From assembly GCA_046758705.1 (NCBI GenBank), contig JBHIAT010000103.1:1-12956 (forward strand): a stretch of 12,956 nt of DNA. Reading direction: 5' to 3'. Positions 8,514 to 12,956 of this stretch are shown piece after piece. The position numbers were made by a program, and so were the translations under genes. Positions within the stretch are counted from its first letter, which is position 1; the number at the start of each line of letters is the position of its first letter. The notes under the pieces were generated by a model, which was not told the DNA's origin, made no database searches, and saw nothing but the letters and a program-made list of their open reading frames with translations. This stretch comes from Candidatus Bipolaricaulia bacterium (GTDB lineage: Bacteria > Bipolaricaulota > Bipolaricaulia > JBHIAT01).

Positions 8514-8533
8514 AAATTCTGAAGTTTGGATGA

Positions 8534-8559
8534 GATAGGGAATCGGGAGATTCCCTATC
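8534..8559 (+). other. 5' UTR stem-loop, 11-bp perfect stem with GNRA tetraloop
   Basis: GATAGGGAATC-GGGA-GATTCCCTATC, immediately before the SD at 8568-8577. Confidence 0.8.
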
Positions 8560-8583
8560 GATTATTAAAGGAGGTGAGAGCAG

Positions 8584-8679
8584 ATGCCGGAACTTCTAGA
8601 TGCAGTAGGGGGTCTGCTCATCACGGTGGGAATCGCCGTCCTGTTGATCAGGATCGGCGGTTACTTCGAAGGGGGTTAA
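8584..8679 (+). CDS. Small hydrophobic peptide, copy 1 (31 aa, MPELLDAVGGLLITVGIAVLLIRIGGYFEGG)
   Basis: AAGGAGGTGA SD 6 nt before the ATG; TAA at 8677-8679; paralogues differ mainly at synonymous sites. Confidence 0.88.
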   Translation: MPELLDAVGGLLITVGIAVLLIRIGGYFEGG

Positions 8680-8730
8680 TGCCCCCTGACTTTCCCGGTG
8701 GAACCCATCTGGCGGAGGAGGTGACAGCGG

Positions 8731-8826
8731 ATGCCGGAACTTCTAGATGCGGTAGGGGGTCTGCTCATCACGGTGGGGATTGCCGTCCTGTTGATGAGGA
8801 TCGGCGGTTACTTCGAAGGGGGTTAA
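8731..8826 (+). CDS. Small hydrophobic peptide, copy 2 (31 aa, MPELLDAVGGLLITVGIAVLLMRIGGYFEGG)
   Basis: GGAGGAGGTGA SD. Four nt differences from copy 1, all at codon position 3 (3 synonymous, 1 Ile>Met). Confidence 0.88.
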   Translation: MPELLDAVGGLLITVGIAVLLMRIGGYFEGG

Positions 8827-8878
8827 TACTCCCTGACTTTCCCGGTGGAACCCATCTGGCGGAGGAGGTGACAGTAAA

Positions 8879-8977
8879 GTGCCCATATTGCTCGAAGCGG
8901 TAGGTAGCCTGCTCATCTCGGTAGGAATTGCCGTGCTGATCATGAGAATCGGTGGTTACTTCGAGAGAGGAGATTAG
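8879..8977 (+). CDS. Small hydrophobic peptide, copy 3 (32 aa, MPILLEAVGSLLISVGIAVLIMRIGGYFERGD)
   Basis: GGAGGAGGTGA SD and GTG start; 25/31 aa identical to copy 2 despite many synonymous changes; TAG at 8975-8977. Confidence 0.86.
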   Translation: MPILLEAVGSLLISVGIAVLIMRIGGYFERGD

Positions 8978-8980
8978 TGG

Positions 8981-9124
8981 ATGCCAAATTTGGCAGAGGT
9001 GTTGATCAGCGTTTCCGTGCTATTGGTAGGGGTTGGAGCCTTGGTTGTTCTGTTGAAGCTGGCGATAGTTCTAGATCGAATGGAGAGACGGCTCAGAAAA
9101 GAGGAAGACGAGGAAGCAGACTGA
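8981..9124 (+). CDS. Small single-TM protein, divergent paralogue of the array peptides (47 aa, MPNLAEVLISVSVLLVGVGALVVLLKLAIVLDRMERRLRKEEDEEAD)
   Basis: AGAGGAGA SD inside the 3' end of copy 3; ATG 3 nt after its stop; MP start, hydrophobic core, basic then acidic tail. Confidence 0.8.
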   Translation: MPNLAEVLISVSVLLVGVGALVVLLKLAIVLDRMERRLRKEEDEEAD

Positions 9125-9166
9125 CCTTTATACGGAGGTTTATATCGGGTTGGATGTCGTCGTCAA

Positions 9167-9200
9167 CAGGGGGCAGCCGGACCGGCTGCCCCTGATTTTC
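9167..9200 (+). terminator. Probable intrinsic terminator closing the peptide operon
   Basis: GGGGCAGCCG (9170-9179) pairs with CGGCTGCCCC (9183-9192), extendable by CA/TG, and is followed by ATTTTCT. The U-tract is short. Confidence 0.65.
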
Positions 9201-9217
9201 TAAGAGGTGACATCGTT

Positions 9218-9544
9218 ATGCTGAAAATTGTCTCATCTGTGTTGATGCTGGCCCTAATCACCTTACTCATCGCTACCCCAGTCCTCGCCCAGGTCGCCAC
9301 AGAGCAGGACCTTAACCGCCTGGAGCAGAGGGTGGCCGCTCTTGAGGACCAGGTCCGGAACCTCGCGGGGCGGGTCGTGAACCTGGAGCAGCAACCGGCA
9401 TCGGCTGCCGAGGAGGGAATCCCCGGGTCAGAGGTAGCGGCTGCCATTATCGTGTCCCTGATCGTGATCGCTGGGTTCATCGCCGTCGAGGCGTTACGAC
9501 GAGGGGCAATCGAGTTCCCCCGACGTGGACGTGAGCTCGAGTGA
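9218..9544 (+). CDS. Hypothetical protein: signal peptide, coiled coil, C-terminal TM anchor with basic tail
   Basis: AAGAGGTGA SD; signal ending in PVLA/Q; heptad segment DLNRLEQRVAALEDQVRNLAGRVVNLEQQ; TM segment VAAAIIVSLIVIAGFIAV followed by RR. Confidence 0.85.
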   Translation: MLKIVSSVLMLALITLLIATPVLAQVATEQDLNRLEQRVAALEDQVRNLAGRVVNLEQQPASAAEEGIPGSEVAAAIIVSLIVIAGFIAVEALRRGAIEFPRRGRELE

Positions 9545-9548
9545 ATCG

Positions 9549-10487
9549 GTGAACCTATTCCTGTTCACCGGGGATCGTTATCTCCGAGAGCGGGCCGCTC
9601 GCAGGAAGATCAAGGAGATCTGGGACGCGCTTCGTGAACCGGATGGACCTCTCGGGGAGGTCCACCTGGACGGTGAGGAGATCACCTACCCGGCGCTGCT
9701 GGAACGATTGGGCCGTTCCCTGTTCCATGTCGGTGAGATCGTCTGGATCCGGAACGCCGATCGGTTGACCCAACCGGAGCAGGTCGCCGATCTCCTTGCT
9801 GGGGGTCTCCCCGAGGGGGTTCACCTGATCCTCGATGCCGAGCGGCTCGATCGAAACGGAAAACTCTATCGGACCGTCGCAAATGTCGGAAAGATCGAGG
9901 TACTCTCCTTCCAACGCCGGGAACTCCGCAGCTCGGTCAAACAGATGCTCCGCGAGCGGAGGCTTGAGCTGTCGGAAGCCGGATTCCATTACCTGGTCGA
10001 ACATATAGAGCCCGACCTGATGCGCATCGACAGCGAACTGGAGAAGCTGTCTCGCTACCATGTGCCCGGCCGCCGGGAGCTCGACCTTGAAGCGGTGCAG
10101 GGGCTGTTGTTCACCACCGCGGGGACCCGGGTGTTCGATTTCCTGGACGCGTTGGGAAATCGGCGGCTCCGGGATGCCCTCGACGCCCTGGAGGCGTCGC
10201 TGCGATCCGAGGAGGAGCCAGGACGCCTCTTCTTTATGGCCGCCGGGCATATCCGGGCATTGCTCAGGATCAGATCCCTGGTGGAGACAGGATATTCCGA
10301 CGCCCAGATCGCTCGCACGACAGACGATTATCCATGGCGGGTGAAACGACGTCGCCGACAGGCAAACAACTTTGCGATGAAGGAACTGATCACGCTCATC
10401 GGGCGGTTCCATCAAGCCGACGTCCGGATCAAGCGCGGTGAGATAGAGTTGGAGGACGCGCTGTTAGGGATTGTTCTGGCATTATAA
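9549..10487 (+). CDS. holA: DNA polymerase III delta subunit
   Basis: N-terminal LFLFTGDRYL, SLF motif, DLMRIDSELEKL, RVFDFLDAL, and C-terminal ADVRIKRG; about 312 aa. The GTG at 9549 is preferred over 9525 because it avoids an overlap. Confidence 0.88.
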   Translation: MNLFLFTGDRYLRERAARRKIKEIWDALREPDGPLGEVHLDGEEITYPALLERLGRSLFHVGEIVWIRNADRLTQPEQVADLLAGGLPEGVHLILDAERLDRNGKLYRTVANVGKIEVLSFQRRELRSSVKQMLRERRLELSEAGFHYLVEHIEPDLMRIDSELEKLSRYHVPGRRELDLEAVQGLLFTTAGTRVFDFLDALGNRRLRDALDALEASLRSEEEPGRLFFMAAGHIRALLRIRSLVETGYSDAQIARTTDDYPWRVKRRRRQANNFAMKELITLIGRFHQADVRIKRGEIELEDALLGIVLAL

Positions 10488-10493
10488 GCAGTC

Positions 10494-10558
10494 AGCTGTC
10501 AGCAGGTCAGCCATCATCAGGAAAACCCTCATCAGCTTTTGGCCTCTTGCTGAAAGCT
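10494..10558. terminator. Imperfect long inverted repeat between convergent holA and secD; possible bidirectional terminator
   Basis: AGCTGTCAGCAGG (10494-10506) pairs with CTTGCTGAAAGCT (10546-10558) at 12 of 13 positions, including one G-U. No clear U-tract. Confidence 0.35.
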
Positions 10559-10566
10559 TATGTATC

Positions 10567-11907
10567 CTATCCCTTCTGCTCTGTGACCTTCGCCGGGAGC
10601 TGTGGGGTGAGGCCGGTGGTGATCAGGATGAACCGGGTGACGAACAGGGCGGCGAACAGGCTGCCTAGAATACCGATCCCCAGGGTGATGGCAAATCCCC
10701 GGATCGGGCCGGTCCCCAGCAACAGCAAGATGCTGGCGGCGGCGAGTGTGGTGATGTTAGCATCGAGCACTGCCGACAGCGATTTTTGGAAGCCACCCCG
10801 GATCGAAGCCCGAGGGGATTTTCCAGCGCGGCGTTCCTCCTTGATCCGTTCGAAGATGATCACATTCGCGTCGACGCTTATTCCGATGGTGAGAATCACC
10901 CCGGCGATCCCCGGCAGGGTGAGCGTTGCCCGGAAACCGGCGAGCGCCCCGAAGATGATCAGCATATTGAGCAACAGGGCGAGGTTGGCAACGAGCCCGA
11001 GCCAACGATAGCGGATCACCATGTAGATCAGGATCAGGATGAACCCGGCCGTGATGGAGATCACCCCGCGCCGCACCGAGTCGGCCCCGAGCGTCGGCCC
11101 GACCGACTCTTCCTGAAGGATCGTCACATCGACGGGCAGCGCGCCGGCCCGCAGCACGATCGCCAGGCTCCGCCCCTCCTCGACGGTGTAACGTCCCTCG
11201 ATGCGTGCCTGGTCGACCCGTCCGGACCGGGCGGCATCCTTGATTCCCTGGCTGATGAACGGAGCGCTCTGGATCACCCCGTCCAGCACGATCGCCAGTT
11301 GTTCGTTCACCTGCAGTCGGTTGATGGCCCGGGTGAACTGCTCGGCCCCGTCCCGGTTGAACGTGAGTGCGATGTAGATTGGGTCTGGCGACTGTTGATC
11401 TATCCGCACCCGGGCATCGCTCAGCGCCGCCCCGGTGAGTACGGGTTCCTCGTCGACGAGGTAGACGTTCCCATCCCGATCCCGGAGCACCTGTTGGCCG
11501 AGCTGTTCAGGGATCAATTCCTCCCCTAGCCCCCCGACTCGGACCACTCGCTTGAACTCCAAAAGTGCGGTCCGCCCGATCAGTCGACGTGCCTCCTCCG
11601 GATTTTCCGTGCCGGGCAGTTCCACCAGCACCCGATCCGTCCCGGCGCGGGTGATGGTCGGCTCCGTCAGACCGAACTGGTCAACGCGATTGTTCAGGAT
11701 GGTCACCACTCGATCGAGGATCTCCCGGCGCTGATCGACGTTCGCCCCAACGACCTGAGCCTCGAGGAGCAACCGGACCCCGCCCTGCAGATCGAGCCCG
11801 AGGCGGATGCTCTCATCGATCGGGTAGAGAAAGTACAGGGCGACAACCACAACGGCGACGATGATCCCCAGCTTGATCCAATTCTCCCGCTCCCATCCCA
11901 TCGTCAA
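10567..11907 (-). CDS. secD: Protein translocase subunit SecD
   Basis: LGLDLQGG, NRVDQFG, VELPG, LAIVLD, LRAGALP, VGPTLG, LTLPGIAG, DANVIIFERIKEE, DANITT, GPIRGFA. Start is TTG 11907 or ATG 11901. Confidence 0.97.
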   Translation of the reverse strand: MTMGWERENWIKLGIIVAVVVVALYFLYPIDESIRLGLDLQGGVRLLLEAQVVGANVDQRREILDRVVTILNNRVDQFGLTEPTITRAGTDRVLVELPGTENPEEARRLIGRTALLEFKRVVRVGGLGEELIPEQLGQQVLRDRDGNVYLVDEEPVLTGAALSDARVRIDQQSPDPIYIALTFNRDGAEQFTRAINRLQVNEQLAIVLDGVIQSAPFISQGIKDAARSGRVDQARIEGRYTVEEGRSLAIVLRAGALPVDVTILQEESVGPTLGADSVRRGVISITAGFILILIYMVIRYRWLGLVANLALLLNMLIIFGALAGFRATLTLPGIAGVILTIGISVDANVIIFERIKEERRAGKSPRASIRGGFQKSLSAVLDANITTLAAASILLLLGTGPIRGFAITLGIGILGSLFAALFVTRFILITTGLTPQLPAKVTEQKG

Positions 11908-12170
11908 TCCCGCTCCTGAACCTCCGTGATGCTGTCCTTGGCCAGACGCAGTTTCGCCCCATCCTCCAGTTTCAGCACAACACTGCGTTTGCCGATCCTG
12001 ACGATCTCTCCGTAAATTCCCCCAGCCGTGATGATCCGGTCGCCCTTGTTGAGCCCCTCGACGAGCTGATGATGCCGCTGTTGACGTCTGCGTTGCGGCC
12101 GAATCAAGAACACATAGAAGATCGCGACGAACAAGAGCAGGAAGATCAGCGATGGTGCAATCCCTTCCAT
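11904..12170 (-). CDS. yajC: Preprotein translocase subunit YajC
   Basis: N-terminal TM, then FYVFLIRPQRRR and LNKGDRIITAGGIYG; directly upstream of secD. Confidence 0.96.
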   Translation of the reverse strand: MEGIAPSLIFLLLFVAIFYVFLIRPQRRRQQRHHQLVEGLNKGDRIITAGGIYGEIVRIGKRSVVLKLEDGAKLRLAKDSITEVQERD

Positions 12171-12178
12171 CCTTTCAT

Positions 12179-12956
12179 CTACCTCCGCGCTAAGATTTCT
12201 GTCTCCCTCAGCTTCACGATCTCTACACCAGGATAGTAGTGTTGCAGAATCGCTCGGTAATTATATCCGTTCAACGCATACCCGCGAGCGCCCCACTGAG
12301 ACAGCCCCAGTCCGTGGCCCCGACCGCTCCCTGCGAAGGTGACCCCGTACTCGTTGCGTGTGACGGTGAACAACGTGCTAGGCAACCTCGCCAGGTTTTT
12401 GAACTCGACTCCGGTCAACACCGTCTCTCGGCCGTTAGAATGGTGGATCCATACATGGGTCACCCGACGGGATTGGGGAGACCGGCGGATCTCCAGGTCA
12501 TAGATCAAGCCGATCTTCAGTCTCCAGTCCCGATTCAGATGAGCGGCAAGCTCCTCATAGGTCAACGAGATCTCCCAGCGATAGTAGGGAGCGTCTGCCT
12601 CGAACGGAGACGAGACGGATCGCAAGTATGGGACATAGTTTCCCCAGATGTTCTCCGAGTTGGCGGTGTAATCGCCGCTCTGGCTAGAGTAGAACGCTTC
12701 GACCGGCTCTCCCTGGTAGATAAGGATCTCACCCCGAGTGGCGTCGACAGCTTGGCGGATCCGGTCGTGTTCGGTATCGAACCCGTTGTAGACCTGGTCG
12801 ACCTCGTGGTCCACCAGATCGTAGGGCCTGTTTTGGTTTTGCATCGCCTTGTAGACCGCATAGGTGCGGGCGGCCACCGCCTGGCTTTTGAGCGCCTCCA
12901 TCGGCCAGTCGACGGACATCTCGTTGCGCAGCACTCCGTAGAGGTACTCTTCCAGG
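12179..12956 (-). CDS. SpoIID/LytB-domain lytic transglycosylase-like protein (5'-truncated)
   Basis: Frame is open to the window edge (LEEYLYGVLRNEM); motifs EALKSQAVAARTYA, DQVYNG, PYLRSV and GHGLGLSQWGA. Confidence 0.93.
   Translation of the reverse strand, partial: LEEYLYGVLRNEMSVDWPMEALKSQAVAARTYAVYKAMQNQNRPYDLVDHEVDQVYNGFDTEHDRIRQAVDATRGEILIYQGEPVEAFYSSQSGDYTANSENIWGNYVPYLRSVSSPFEADAPYYRWEISLTYEELAAHLNRDWRLKIGLIYDLEIRRSPQSRRVTHVWIHHSNGRETVLTGVEFKNLARLPSTLFTVTRNEYGVTFAGSGRGHGLGLSQWGARGYALNGYNYRAILQHYYPGVEIVKLRETEILARR

Larger units (their letters stand above)
8570..8874 (+). repeat. Tandem direct repeat, 147-bp period (RBS + peptide gene + spacer), with a diverged third coding copy to 8977
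   Basis: 8584-8730 and 8731-8877 are near-identical; unit starts at 8584, 8731 and 8879. Confidence 0.95.

Noticed and set aside
8332-8538. 68-aa ORF downstream of P1
   Set aside because: No SD, AT-rich atypical codon usage, and it runs across promoter P2. Near-leaderless translation cannot be fully excluded.
8526-8903. 125-aa ORF with an internal repeat (ORF track), plus 8743-8943(-) and 8977-9195(+)
   Set aside because: These are shadow frames of the peptide genes. They lack SDs, and substitutions that are synonymous in the peptide frame change residues in these frames.
8570-8977. CRISPR array or non-coding repeat interpretation of the 147-bp repeats
   Set aside because: There are no unique spacers and no cas genes, the unit is too long, and the variation is codon-structured behind SD sequences.
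8584-8977. Double-glycine bacteriocin/RiPP precursors, Flp/type IV pilins, or type I toxins
   Set aside because: The terminal GG is not conserved in copy 3, and the internal GG would leave only a 5-6 aa core. There is no C39 peptidase domain or modifying enzyme nearby and no prepilin G/xxxxE motif. The peptides are anionic with exposed SDs, and no antisense promoter is evident. A toxin role is not strictly excluded.
9134-9203. Orphan GGAGGT followed by a TTG-initiated 17-aa ORF (9150-9203)
   Set aside because: Weak start at 10-nt spacing, no similarity to the array peptides, and it overlaps the terminator hairpin.

Overview
A GC-rich bacterial window. The gene mix is loosely suggestive of a deep-branching diderm lineage such as Bipolaricaulota/Thermotogae-like taxa, but this is inference only. 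The housekeeping and transport genes are: the 3' end of a secreted PKD/FlgD-Ig-type protein, a CPA1 Na+/H+ antiporter, a putative exported beta-rich protein, a threonine synthase-like PLP enzyme, a YheI/YheH (BmrCD)-type heterodimeric ABC exporter, a cold-shock protein, a small anchored coiled-coil protein, holA, and a convergent spoIID-yajC-secD run with no adjacent secF. The most interesting element is missed by the ORF track. At about 8485-9200 there is a self-contained transcription unit with a near-consensus promoter, a perfect 11-bp GNRA hairpin, four tandem small ORFs each with its own RBS, and a terminator-like hairpin. It encodes three near-identical 31-32 aa hydrophobic peptides (MPELLDAVGGLLITVGIAVLL[I/M]RIGGYFEGG and a variant) plus a divergent 47 aa paralogue. 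Substitutions between copies are mostly synonymous, which supports real peptide genes. Their function cannot be determined from the sequence.
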